Below, one piece after another: positions 12,085 through 23,443 of a stretch of 64,000 nt of DNA; position 1 is the first letter of the stretch, and every line of letters begins with the position of its first letter. The DNA lies in contig NC_043009.1 of NCBI RefSeq assembly GCF_006345805.1, forward strand, positions 53,134,001 through 53,198,000, in the 5' to 3' direction. Position numbers and translations under genes: made by a program. This stretch comes from Octopus sinensis (taxonomy: Eukaryota). Below the pieces are notes generated by a model. The model did no database searches and was not told the origin of the DNA. It worked only from the letters and a program-made list of their open reading frames with translations.

Positions 12085-12734
12085 CCTCTCATCCCTTTCG
12101 GAGTCAATAAAGCAAGTACCAGCAAAACTCTGTATTCGATCCCCGAAATTGCTGGCATTGAGCCAAAATTTGAAAGCAATATTACAATATCCATTATAAC
12201 AATCAGCAGCTACAGTACGACTTAATTTTAATTACACAGCTCACATATCTTTCGTTTCCTTGCAAGTACTAAGCGATTGAGACAAGGTGCGTGAGCATTC
12301 ATAATATGCCCAGGTGCACAATTTACCTTTCCATGCCATTGCAACTGATGAAAATACAAGTTACAAACCAATGGAGCTTACACAACTTTCATTAGTGTTT
12401 ATAAGAAAATTGCAAACAATTGCAGCTTGCATTTTCAGTCAGCCTTCGACCATTGTTGCATTAAAAGAACATCTCCGATCAGAATTTTTCATTCTACTAG
12501 TATCAGTTTAAGAACGAATGCTTAAGTGAACGAACAATCTGAGAGGAACTGTGACTTATTGATATTCTCAATTATTTGCTCATGAACGATATAATAGATA
12601 TTAATTTTAAAATATTTTTTGAGCGTTAGGACTTTTGAAATCAGTTGTCGGTTTTCATTGTGTTCAAGAGACCGAAATCAGAGCATTTCTCCTGAACGGA
12701 ACGCTGGATTGTTGCAGAGCTGAAGGTCAGTAAT

Positions 12735-13180
12735 TTTGAGGATCGGGAACAAGTCGATTACATCGACTCCAATGCTGAACTGGTACTTATTTTATCGGGC
12801 TCGAAAAGATGATACGCATAAGTTGAACCTGGAACATAAAGAGTCGGAAGAAATGCTGCTAAACATTTTGTCCGATATACTAATGATTCTGCCATCTTAT
12901 CACCTTAGCAGACATTGATTCACGGACGCAAAGAATAAAACTTCTATAACTCTGTATCAAAATTAAGTAAAACTATGAACTGGCAGAATCATTTAGCACG
13001 CTGGGTGAAATGCTTAGGAGCTTTTCGTCCGTTTTTGCATTCTGAGTTCAAAATTCCGCTGAGGTTGACTTTACCTTTCATCCTTTCGGGGTCGATAAAT
13101 TAACTAGTAGTAGAACATTAGGATAAATGTAACCGACTTATCCTAAAAAATTGCTGGCATTGTGTCAAAATTAGAAATCA
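12735..13180. mobile_element. Two degenerate SINE family B copies in opposite orientation (12735-12906 minus; 12975-13180 plus)
   Basis: aagtcgattacatcgac...ctggtacttatttt; gaactggcagaatc...cctttcatcctttcggggtcgataaattaa. Confidence 0.7.
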
Positions 13181-13440
13181 GTATTAAGTATAAACTTCAT
13201 ACGACAGATGTTTCGATTTATTTTGCTTTCCTATTCACAATCAAATTAACATATGTTTACACTTCAACTGGCATTGTTGGTATATGCGTGTGCTTGTTGT
13301 GTATGCAACTTGTATTGAGCATAGGGGGCATACATGAGTGTGGATTTGTATTATATGACTAAGTGCTTTGATCGATCGAAGTCTCTTTGTGCATGCCGGT
13401 TTCTGAGTAAACGCCTATGAATATGTATGTATGTATGTAT

Positions 13441-15808
13441 TGATTGATTGATTGATTCTAGTTTCAGCTCATGAGCTGTGGCCATGCTGGGGCACCGCCA
13501 TTTGTTGTTGCTACTTGGTTTTACTTCACGAAAGCTTTTTAGCAACTGCCATTTGGTGCATGAGAGAGTTCGATGCAGCTGCCCTCATCTGCACCTCCTG
13601 CCGTGAAGTTGGTTCATCTGGGACACCTGACAGGAAGAGATCCAGTTCCATTTTAAAGACAACTGCATCCACCCCATGCAGGTCTCTCAGGTTCTTCGGG
13701 AGGATATTGAAGAGCTGTGGGCCACGGAAGCCCAGGCTATCACAGTATCTTGTCCTACATCTTGATGGCAAATTTGGAGTCCTAGGCACCACGCAATGGC
13801 GCCCAGTTCTGGCATTTGTGTAACTCTCGATGCCAAAGTTTGGGACACGTCCCTCCAGGATCTTCCAGATGTATATTATGGCATATCTTTCCCGCCTACG
13901 CTCCAAGGAATATAGTTTTAATCTCTTGAGTCTTTCCCAGTAGCTTACATTCTGCATAGAGGCTATCTTCTTCGTGTAGCTACGCTGGATCGCCTCGAGC
14001 TCTGTGATCAACTTGACACTGGATGGTGACCATAACTGAGAGCAATAGTCAAAGTGGCTTAGGACAAGTGTCCTCCAGAGGACCATCATGGTTTCTTGTT
14101 CTCTTGTTCTAAAGGTTCTGAGAATCCATCCAGCCAGCCGTCTACATTTTATTGCCAGTTTAGCAACATGTACATGAAAGGTCGCGTCATCACTCATGTG
14201 AATACCCAGGTCACGCACTGATTGTGCCTCTGGGATTGCAATCCCTCCGGGTCCAGTGTATTCATTGGGTGTTGCATTCAGTTTTGCATGCTGATAGTAT
14301 AAAGCTTGAAACTTTTCAGCATTGAACTGCATGCTATTCTTTTCAGCCCACTTGTATATTTCGTCCAGCTCACATTTCAGGTGCTTAGTGTCTTCAGGGT
14401 TCTGTATTGCCTGTGAAACTTTTGTATCATCTGCATAACTTGTGATCGTGGCTCTCTGCATGGCTGAGGGCATGTCTGAGAGGGCCATTATGAACAGTAG
14501 TGGTCCCAAAACAGTGCCCTGCGGAACACCGCTCACTATTTGTGTGTTAATGGAAGTGGCCCCATTGGCTGCTACCACCTGACTTCTATTCTTCAGAAAG
14601 TCATGAAGCCATTCTCCCAATTTTCCAACTATGCCAAGATCACGCAATTTGTGACATATCATTCCATGATCGACTTTATCAAAGGCCTTTGCAAAGTCGA
14701 GATATATGACTTCCACATTTGAGTGGTTGAGCAGTTGTTTCAGCACCCAGTCATAGTGTTGTAAGAGCTGAGTTAAACAGCTTCTTCCTGGTCGGAAACC
14801 ATGTTGGGTGTCAGGCAGCAAGTCATTTTCTTCAAGGAAGGTGATTAGTTTCCTTCTGACTATTCGTTCCATGACCTTGCTGATGTGTGAGGTGAGAGAG
14901 ATAGGTCTGTAGTTCTTGGCCTCTGCTCTGCTACCACCTTTATGAATAGGGCATATTTTACCTTCCTTCAGTTTTTTTGGAAGTTTGCCAGCTGCAAGGA
15001 AGCTCTGAAAGAGGATCTGCAGTGGTCTTGCTAGGACTCTCTTACATACTTTTAGAAGGATTGCCGGGAATCCATCGGGGCCAATAGCTGATTCTGTTTT
15101 CATTTCATCTATGGCCTTTATTACATCGTCTTCCTTTATATGTAATTTATCGTCGCCGCCTTTGATTTTATATCTGCAGTGGTAAAGAAGTCAGTTGGAT
15201 TGGTGATTTGGAAATGCCCGAGGGGTGGAGTGAAAACACTCTTGAATTGCTCATTCAGTATTTCACTTACCCTCATTGGTTTTCCTGTGAGTGTGCCATC
15301 CTTTTCAAGGAGTGGCCCTATCCTACAGTGCACCGTAGCTGTTTCTTTGGCATACCTGTAGAAAGCTCTGGGGTTAGATTTTATGTTGTCTATAGCCCAG
15401 GCTTCTTTGTCTGCTCTTTCCTTTTCATGGGAGAGTTGCAGACATTTTTCAATTTCCAACAGTTTTATTTTCAGGCGGGACTTTTCACTGCTTTCAATCG
15501 TTCACATCTTGTCATTCCTGGGAGAGAAAGGCCCTCGGGCCATCTGACATTGGGTAGATTGAAGTCTCCCATAAGAAGTACACTTATGTGTTGTTCTAAT
15601 GTGATTAGAACTTCTTCTATTTTTATAAGGCAGTCTTCAAACTTGCCCACATGGTTAGGGGCATCTGGAGGGCGATATGTAGCACACACAACTACATCAA
15701 GTTGCCTAATATGTACAATTAGTGTGTCACACACAGAGTTTGAGTATGACAAGAGGACCTGGGGTGTGAGGTCCTCACGGATGTACATAGCAACTCCTCC
15801 ATGACTCC
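13441..15808 (-). mobile_element. CR1-group LINE (LINE-A), 5'-truncated, with an internal deletion after the endonuclease region
   Basis: APE motifs GGVAMY, YRPP, MGDFNLP (15490-15805); frameshift near 15140; RT ORF; 3' UTR hairpin; (AATC)n tail; (CATA)n on both flanks. Confidence 0.92.
13526..15103 (-). CDS. LINE ORF2 reverse transcriptase domain and C-terminus (525-aa open frame within a defective element)
   Basis: GPDG, NYRPISLTS, QHGFRPGRSC, YLDFAKAFDKV, GVPQGTVLGPLLF, YADDTK, ERLKRLKLYSLERRRER. Confidence 0.9.
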   Translation of the reverse strand: MKTESAIGPDGFPAILLKVCKRVLARPLQILFQSFLAAGKLPKKLKEGKICPIHKGGSRAEAKNYRPISLTSHISKVMERIVRRKLITFLEENDLLPDTQHGFRPGRSCLTQLLQHYDWVLKQLLNHSNVEVIYLDFAKAFDKVDHGMICHKLRDLGIVGKLGEWLHDFLKNRSQVVAANGATSINTQIVSGVPQGTVLGPLLFIMALSDMPSAMQRATITSYADDTKVSQAIQNPEDTKHLKCELDEIYKWAEKNSMQFNAEKFQALYYQHAKLNATPNEYTGPGGIAIPEAQSVRDLGIHMSDDATFHVHVAKLAIKCRRLAGWILRTFRTREQETMMVLWRTLVLSHFDYCSQLWSPSSVKLITELEAIQRSYTKKIASMQNVSYWERLKRLKLYSLERRRERYAIIYIWKILEGRVPNFGIESYTNARTGRHCVVPRTPNLPSRCRTRYCDSLGFRGPQLFNILPKNLRDLHGVDAVVFKMELDLFLSGVPDEPTSRQEVQMRAAASNSLMHQMAVAKKLS

Positions 15809-16394
15809 TTATGTATGTATGTATGTATGTATGTATGTATGTATGTATGTATGTGTGTGTATGTGTGTGTGCGTGCGAGCGTGAACGTACGAGTTGATAT
15901 ATGTAAATTTGTAAAATCGTCATTGCGTTGTTTTTCTTTTATGACAATGCGTAAGGCAATATTAAGCATAGACTGACTACTTTATCTTAAAGAGCACAAA
16001 AAGAACAACTGAAATGTCAGCTGAATCAAAATACCATTGATATTCACATTCTACTTACACGGTCTATATCTTCAACAGAAAATATAGTCTCCGGTGACCA
16101 GAAACAAACCTATTGGGATTATCTATACTTTAACAGCAACAAAATAAACAGAATATTATCTCGGTATATATGTGTACCGTGTTATGATACAGTACACATG
16201 TAAATAATAAATTACAATTATATAGATGGAAAATGAATTTGTGTGAACAAATAGCTTGCAAAATGTACTTTATGTATCAGAAGAATGTGTGGCTATCTTC
16301 CAATATTTGTTCATATAAAAATGATGGATTTAATTAAATAACTACTCAACATCAAAGTGAAAGGTCAAGAATAATCGCAAATAAGTGGCAATAA

Positions 16395-16570
16395 TTGGAC
16401 TGCCGTATCTTCTGGCGATACGGGCTTGAAAAGTTTAGTCGAACAAATCAACTCCAGTACTCATGTTTTAAAGGTATTGTAAGTTATCCTATCGGTTTCT
16501 CGAACTTACAGGGACGTAAGAAAACCAGCATCGGTTGTCAAGTGGTGGTGGGATACAAAGATACATATAC
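16395..16570 (-). mobile_element. Degenerate SINE family A 3' part
   Basis: tttagtcgaacaaatcaactccagtac...ccagcatcggttgtcaag. Confidence 0.6.
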
Positions 16571-16682
16571 AAAGATGCATATACATACATACATACATAC
16601 ATACATACATACATACATACATACATACATTATACATACATATATATATATATGCGACATTATATATACATATATATATATA

Positions 16683-17093
16683 TGCGACATGGAGAGATGG
16701 CTTAGCTGGAAAAGCAGCTTAGACCCTACTACATGTCTAAACACAAGGACAGAACTTTTCGGGTCATGCCCACATACGACTAAATCTCTGTTACGTTTTT
16801 GGTCCCCTAAAGAAAACAGATAGAACATGCTTTCTATGCTATGTCCCAAGAAGGTTTTTTTACCTCATCACACCTTCTATCATACATTTTATATATTTTT
16901 ATATATTTTTTATGTACTTTTATATAATTTTTATGGCGAAAAATGCGAGCGATGTATAAGTACGCAGGCAAGCAGAGTTATAACACAGTAATTTCCCTTT
17001 GTATAACGGTATTTTTTCATAGCGTTTTCAAATAGCCAAATAACCGAAACTCAGAGTTTTATCTTGACTATCGAGTAATGTAACATATTATTG
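16683..17093 (+). mobile_element. Penelope-like 3' end fragment (endonuclease C-terminal tail + terminal repeat with core-deleted HHR)
   Basis: CDMERW...CLNTRTELFGSCPH..KSLL resembles the C-terminus at 9324; ...aataaccGAAActcagagTTttatc at ~17036-17064 resembles the 48.3-kb HHR 3' half; bounded by (TA)n. Confidence 0.5.
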
Positions 17094-17155
17094 TATATAT
17101 ATATATATATATTATATATATATATATATCTTTCTTTCCTCTCTCTTCCTTCTTT

Positions 17156-17194
17156 ATGTTTCCGACGAAGAGCTCCGCTCGAAACGTCATACCT
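17156..17194 (+). ncRNA. Minimal hammerhead ribozyme motif (CCGACGA variant; weak stem I)
   Basis: CCGACGA-a-GAGC-tcc-GCTC-GAAA-cg-TC; stem III is the palindrome ACGT. Confidence 0.5.
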
Positions 17195-17279
17195 CCCTGC
17201 TTCCATCTCCTGAGCGCCTATTAATAATAATACTGTAATTGTTCCTGTTGTTGTTGTTTTTTTGTTTCCCTTTTGGATT

Positions 17280-17322
<43 letters not shown>

Positions 17323-17323
17323 A

Positions 17324-17363
<40 letters not shown>

Positions 17364-17509
17364 TTATATATAGAGGGCATAATTATACATACATGCCAGG
17401 AGGCATTATATATACCTGCCAAACGCTAAGAGGACAATCAGTCATTTCTACCAAAATATTACTAATCCCACCGAATGCAATTTTCAAAGTAAGACATTTA
17501 AAAATATAT

Positions 17510-17557
17510 AGGCCTGTATCACAGTGATTTCATACTTACGTAATCATCAGCAGGCCT
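17510..17557 (-). ncRNA. Minimal type-I hammerhead ribozyme
   Basis: Mirror copy of 17967-18014. Confidence 0.75.
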
Positions 17558-17966
17558 GAATGTATTATAAATAAACAACGACCTTGCCTCGCTTAAGCCG
17601 AACAGCTAACTGATCAACATCAACGAAGCACATGGGTGAGTTTATATATATTACATCCGGGTGAATGGCAAACTTTTACAAAATTGCATTTCAATAAGAA
17701 ATAATTATTTTCGAAATTTTTTCTCTTATGAGGTTTTTACGCTATCTACCTGACAATTTCTTGTTAAGTTTTCCTTATTAAGTAGTTGTCCTTAATTGCA
17801 AAATTTTATCCGAAAAAACTTTTCCTCTCCCGAAATGCAATTTTGTAAAAGTTTGCCATTCACCCGGATGTAATATATATAAACTCACCCATGTGCTTCG
17901 TTGATGTTGATCAGTTAGCTGTTCGGCTTAAGCGAGGCAAGGTCGTTGTTTATTTATAATACATTC

Positions 17967-18014
17967 AGGCCTGCTGATGATTACGTAAGTATGAAATCAC
18001 TGTGATACAGGCCT
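17967..18014 (+). ncRNA. Minimal type-I hammerhead ribozyme
   Basis: AGGCCTG-CTGATGA-tTAC(GTAA)GTAt-GAAA-tcactgtga-TA-CAGGCCT: 7-bp stem I, GNRA-capped stem II, near-palindromic stem III ATCAC-T-GTGAT. Confidence 0.78.
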
Positions 18015-18020
18015 ATATAT

Positions 18021-18125
18021 TAGCGGTTCGGCAAAAGAATAAGTCCCGGGGTCGATTTGCTCGACTAAAAGCGGTGCTCCAGCATGGCCGCAGTCAAATG
18101 ACTGAAACAAGTAAAAGAGTAAAGA
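18021..18125 (+). mobile_element. SINE family A 3' fragment (internally deleted)
   Basis: tagcggttcggcaaaagaataagtcccgggg...cagtcaaatgactgaaacaagtaaaagag. Confidence 0.85.
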
Positions 18126-18335
18126 ATATATATATATATAATATATATTATATATATATAATATATATATCTACAGAAATAAAATTTTAATTCTCAAACG
18201 CGTGATAATGCTAATAAAATAGCATGAACTGGATAAATCATTCATATATTGCAGAAAAAACGTTACCGGCCAGCCATGATACACACATACACGTGTGTGT
18301 GTGTGTGCGTGCGCGTTTGTTCATGTGTGACTGGA

Positions 18336-18800
18336 GGCGCAGGCGTGGCTGTCTGGTAAGAAGCTTACATTCCAACCGCATAACCGCATGGCTTCGGGTT
18401 CAGACGTTTGGGGCAGACGACTTCTACTATAGCCTCAGACCGACCAAAGCCTTGCGAGAGGATTTACTAGATGGAAACTGAAAGAAGCCCGTATGTATAT
18501 ATGTGTACATCTATGTGTGTATATATATATATATGTATATATATCTCTGTATATGTATATATCTATGTGCCCGTGTCTTTGTTTCTGTGTTTGTCCCCCT
18601 CTCTATCACCGTTGGACAACCAGTGTTGGTGTGTTTACGTCCCCATAACCTAGCGGTTCGGCAATAAGAACCGCCAGAATAAGTACTAGGCTTAAAATAT
18701 AAGTCTTGGGGTCGATTTGTTTAATTACAAAACCTTGAAAGTGGGGCTCCAGCACGACCGCAATGAAGGGGCTGAAATACGTACAAAAGAAGTAAAAGAA
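18336..18800 (+). mobile_element. SINE family A, diverged full-length copy
   Basis: ggcgcaggcgtggctgtctggtaag...gaccaaagcc...ggaaactgaaagaagcccg...tail. Confidence 0.8.
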
Positions 18801-19226
18801 GTATAATGTATATACATATATATATAAATCCGGAATCTGGAATTATCCAATAAGTTTTTTGCTAGTTTATTTTGTTTCTTTGTCTTCTCTCCTGGTGCTG
18901 TATGAATATTTAACGTGGTTTTAGAGTCAAGTTTTGATTGCTATTTCCAGCGTGGTGGTATCTCTTAGATACCCTAAATTATATTAATATTAATAGTAAT
19001 TATTATTGACTTTTACAGGTTTATAATTTTATGAACTGAAATATGGTTTTTTTATTACTTTTCATGTATAAGTCTGATTTTAATTTAAATGTGAGTGTGC
19101 ATATATCTTCTTGTGTGGTAGTCTTTAGAACTATTAACTCAATATGTAGAATAACTGAGCTTATTAATATATATTGATATATATTTTGTTTTATTTTGTT
19201 TTGTGTATCTTGTATTATTGTATTAA

Positions 19227-19267
<41 letters not shown>

Positions 19268-19360
19268 GTGATGGTGTCTATGCACACGTTTTTATATTTT
19301 ACATTTTTATATTGATATGTATTTGGAAAAAAATTTTTTCACAATTATAATTTATTAAAT

Positions 19361-19471
19361 TCTCTGAAGAGGCCGTGGGGCATCCTTGTTAATGTCTCAT
19401 TTATACCTGCCTTATATGGCTTATAGGTTAAATGAGGCATGATTGCCCTTACTGCCGAAACAGCTGTCAGA
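19361..19471 (+). ncRNA. Type-I hammerhead ribozyme with long stem II
   Basis: TCT-CTGAAGA-GGC...(86-nt foldback)...GCC-GAAA-cagctg-TC-AGA; stem III palindrome ACAGCTGT; GUC cleavage triplet. Confidence 0.72.
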
Positions 19472-19657
19472 TATGATATAATTACATATTATATTTTATA
19501 TTTTATATTTCTATTTCCTTGTCTAATTATATTTACAGTATATTTTGTATAATGCCTTTACTGTTATGTAATGGTGTAATAAAGTATTGATTGGGTATCA
19601 TCTGTTGGTTGATGTTTGATTGATTTAAGTATGTTTCTCCATTTTCTAATTTTGTAT

Positions 19658-19700
<43 letters not shown>

Positions 19701-19793
19701 GTGATGGTGTCTATGCACACGTTTTTATATTTTACATTTTTATATTGATATGTATTTGGAAAAAAATTTTTTCACAATTATAATTTATTAAAT

Positions 19794-19904
19794 TCTCTGA
19801 AGAGGCCGTGGGGCATCCTTGTTAATGTCTCATTTATACCTGCCTTATATGGCTTATAGGTTAAATGAGGCATGATTGCCCTTACTGCCGAAACAGCTGT
19901 CAGA
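19794..19904 (+). ncRNA. Type-I hammerhead ribozyme with long stem II (second tandem copy)
   Basis: Identical to 19361-19471. Confidence 0.72.
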
Positions 19905-20085
19905 TATGATATAATTACATATTATATTTTATATTTTATATTTCTATTTCCTTGTCTAATTATATTTACAGTATATTTTGTATAATGCCTTTACTGTTAT
20001 GTAATGGTGTAATAAAGTATTGATTGGGTATCATCTGTTGGTTGATGTTTGATTGATTTAAGTATGTTTCTCCATTTTCTAATTT

Positions 20086-20123
<38 letters not shown>

Positions 20124-20159
20124 CATACATACATACATACATACATACATACATACATA

Positions 20160-21317
20160 CAGAAGGCGATGGGTAAATTGTCACCATTTTATGTTTTTAA
20201 TTTCGTGCATGTACATTTTCTTTGATTTTATCGACTGCAAAGTGTAGTAGGTTCAGTTGGGCACCGTCTGAGAGAAAAACAGCACCATGATGCAGTTCAC
20301 TCTGCCAGAAATTTGGAAACAATATGCTGTACTGCTTGGCGTTCACGTCGGAAGCTTCAGTACGAACACTTCAGAGTGTTTGGGTATCAGTCTGAGGACG
20401 GTGCAGAAGTAATCGTTCTTATGAGAAAAGATCTTCTGAGTTTGTTGGTAGGATTCAGGCCAGATTAACAACGATCCCTTCAAGTCAATCAGGTCCATCG
20501 CCAAGGACGTGAGAATGCCTGAGTTTCTTATCAGGCAGGTAGTGCTTGAAGGCATTCTGTATTCCACATACAAGATGAGAACGAGCCAATTGTTATCCAA
20601 AGCCATCAAGGATAAGAAAAAAGACTGCTCTACGTAGCTTTTGAACAAACTCAAGCGTCAAGAAAAATTTCTGCCATGATCAGATGGTGAACACACAGAA
20701 CAACCTTTGGATTGCCGTATCCCTAAAACATGTACTGGTAGTGATAAAATCAAATATCCAGTCAATATCATGGCGTTTGGAGTGATTACTAGTGATGGCG
20801 ACGTTATGTCCCCATTTATCTTCACACATTGCCTCAGACTCAACACAGAGGCCTATATCAAGTGACTGGTGGAGGTAGTGCTACCCTGGGGCAGGATGGT
20901 GGCTGCACCATGCCACACAAGCAGAAGAACCAAATCATGGCTGACAGACTATTTCTGCGATTTCATCATTCCTAACATCTTACAACTTAACTCCACAGAT
21001 TGCAACCCCTTTGATTATTATGTGTGGGGCACAATTGAGCGAGACACCAACAAAACTCCTTATAACACTAAAGATGAATTGAAGGAAAGGATTATGGCAG
21101 CATTCACCAACCTATAAAAGGAGACCATCCAGAAGAGTTGCAGGAGATTCTGAAGCCGTCTGGAGGCTGTGGTTGAAGCCAATGGCGATTTTATTGAATG
21201 AATTTACACTTTATTATTTCAATACATTTTTATATAATTTTGGTAAATATATCTGTTAAAATGAGATGCCTTGTTTCCATTTTTGTGTAATTCAGACAAT
21301 ATATTCACCGTACCTTG
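20160..21317 (+). mobile_element. Degenerate Tc1/mariner-superfamily transposon, DD37D/maT-like
   Basis: TA flanks with degenerate CAG/CTTG ends; IMAFGVITSDGDVM, AAPCHTS, NSTDCNPFDYYVWG, RLEAVVEANGDFIE remnants. Confidence 0.75.
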
Positions 21318-21445
21318 TATATAGTAATGAGAAAAAGGAGGAAGAGAATTTCGATTGTCCCTACGTGGTGAGTTGTTATGTAAAAAATATACATATAATA
21401 AATGAAGGAAAATGCACACTATGTATATAGTTTTAATACATTTTA

Positions 21446-21845
21446 GTGGCTGTGTGGTAAGTAGCTTGCTTACCAACCACATGGTTCCGGGTTCAGTCCC
21501 ACTGCGTGGCACCTTGGATAAGTGTCTTCTACTATAGCCTCGGGCCGACCAAAGCCTTGTGAGTGGATTTGGTAGACGGAAACTGGAAGAAGCCCGTCGT
21601 ATATATGTATATATATGTATGTGTGTATATGTTTGTGTGTCTGTGTTTGTCCCCTCACCATTGCTTGACAACCGATGCTGGTGTGTTTACGTCCCTGTAA
21701 CTTAGCGGTTCAGCAAAAGAGACTGATATAATAAGTACTAGGCTTACAAAGAATAAGTCCTGGGGTCGATTTACTCGACTAAAGGCGGTGCTCCAGCATG
21801 GCCGCAGTCAAATGACTGAGACAAGTAAAAGAGAAAAGAGAGAGT
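21446..21845 (+). mobile_element. SINE family A, near full length
   Basis: gtggctgtgtggtaag...tail aaaagagaaaagag. Confidence 0.9.
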
Positions 21846-22026
21846 AACCACATTACTCTTTCATTCAAAACATATCAAAAGTATATAAACTGTGCATTTT
21901 CCTTTTATTTTATACTAAATGTGTATATCTGCATAAACGCAAAACGAAAGAAAAGAAAATGTGGATACTTTCAGATGAATTTTTAAGTATAAATATATAT
22001 ATATTTATATTAACAATAATATATTA

Positions 22027-22067
<41 letters not shown>

Positions 22068-22072
22068 TATTA

Positions 22073-22538
22073 TTCTGCTCAATACCACAGATTTGCTTGT
22101 CAGTTGTTTGACCATAACCAGTTGAGCATGTCCCTTAGTGGCTGACGATATGTGCATCTCTGATCACGAGCAGAAGTAGTGGTGGAGTATCATAGCCATG
22201 TGTTGAGAGGGATTCTTTGGGGTTTGAATAATTCACCTCTGGAGACATGGGTGGGTTTTTCAACATCCTTAAACAACCCTTATTCAGGGACCGTTTGAGC
22301 GGGATGGGCTACTCAACCTGAAGAAAATTCTAACTGGGCCCCACCTGCAAGGTCATGTACAGTTTATCTTGATATGAGATCACCATGCCGCGCACATATG
22401 GTTGTGATGCATGTGCCTGGTGTGCCCTTATCAGACGGGTAGTCATGATGGGTATATTGGGCTTCGTATATTTTACCCCAGTGTCACTTTGATGGCATGA
22501 ACTGCTCTCTCACTCAATAATAATAATAATAATAATAA
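22073..22538 (+). mobile_element. Unclassified non-coding retroposon-like element with (AAT)n tail, inserted in (AAT)n
   Basis: Homologous to ~29395-29668 and (inverted) to ~30866-30943; no ORF. Confidence 0.65.
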
Positions 22539-23443
22539 GGTTCAATTTACACAGAGTACAAATGACAGTGAAAATTAAAGGGGTAAAGGAAAAGTATTAT
22601 AAGTCCGACAGCTGTTTCTGGAGGGTTGGAGATCCATAGTAATGTTGGTAGATGTGATTCATCTCAATATGTGGCCGTAATGGATACTATTGGCATCGGT
22701 AAAGATCTTACATTTCAGATCTTAATGCAGAGAAGTTCAAAGATGGAATGATTAAATGTGGAGAGCTAGGTGTATTAGAGGAGGGGAAATATTAAGACAG
22801 GGAATGGTGAGAGGAGAAAAATAGTTAAGGATGTGTGAAGGGTTATTAATGAGGGTACTAAGCGGGAGGTGGTTGTAGAAGTGGGGAATTGGGAGATGAA
22901 TAGGAGGAGTAGGAAGGATAATATTTGAATGGTAGTGAGTTGCATTGGATTTATGTTTAGGAATCAAAGTTTGGAGATAATGGCTATTGAATTATTGGAA
23001 GTTGAAATAGCGAATAAATGAGTGACAATTATTTGAGAGAGTTAGTGTCTATTTCAGTGGCAGAGGGAGATTACTAAAGTATGTAGAAAGGTATGAGACA
23101 AATTGTAGGGAAGGTAGACAGAGTGGAGGTGAGTTGGAGGTCAAAATAGCAATAGTTAGTAGAATAATGAAAGTGGGTCGGTTTTGGCGGAGTAGTACTG
23201 AGGTATACAGATGTGTATGAAATTGAATTGAGGGAGTTGAATAGAGAGGTTGATAAGTTACTATCTAATCGAATGGGATAGCATTAAGTGCTTTTAGTTG
23301 AAGAGAAGAAATGAAAAGAGAAAAAGAATACCAATTGTGGGGGTGGGCTTGCCGATTTCGAGGAAACCCAAGCGCTTCTCAGTTTCAATAATCAATTGTT
23401 CAAGTTAATGACCTGAAATAAGTGTCATGTGTACATGACTCAC

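Larger units (their letters stand above)
17504..18020. repeat. Perfect 189-bp inverted repeat (17504-17692 / 17832-18020), Penelope inverted-terminal-repeat-like
   Basis: Arms are exact reverse complements by eye; 139-bp spacer; each arm carries an HHR. Confidence 0.92.
19262..20090 (+). repeat. Two apparently identical tandem 433-bp units separated by (TA)n, each with an HHR
   Basis: atacatgtgatggtgtctatgc at ~19262 and ~19695; CTGAAGA at 19364 and 19797. Confidence 0.9.

Noticed and set aside
22600-22625. Minus-strand GAAACAGCTGTC (HHR 3' half)
   Set aside because: No CYGANGA core found upstream; counted only as a partial motif
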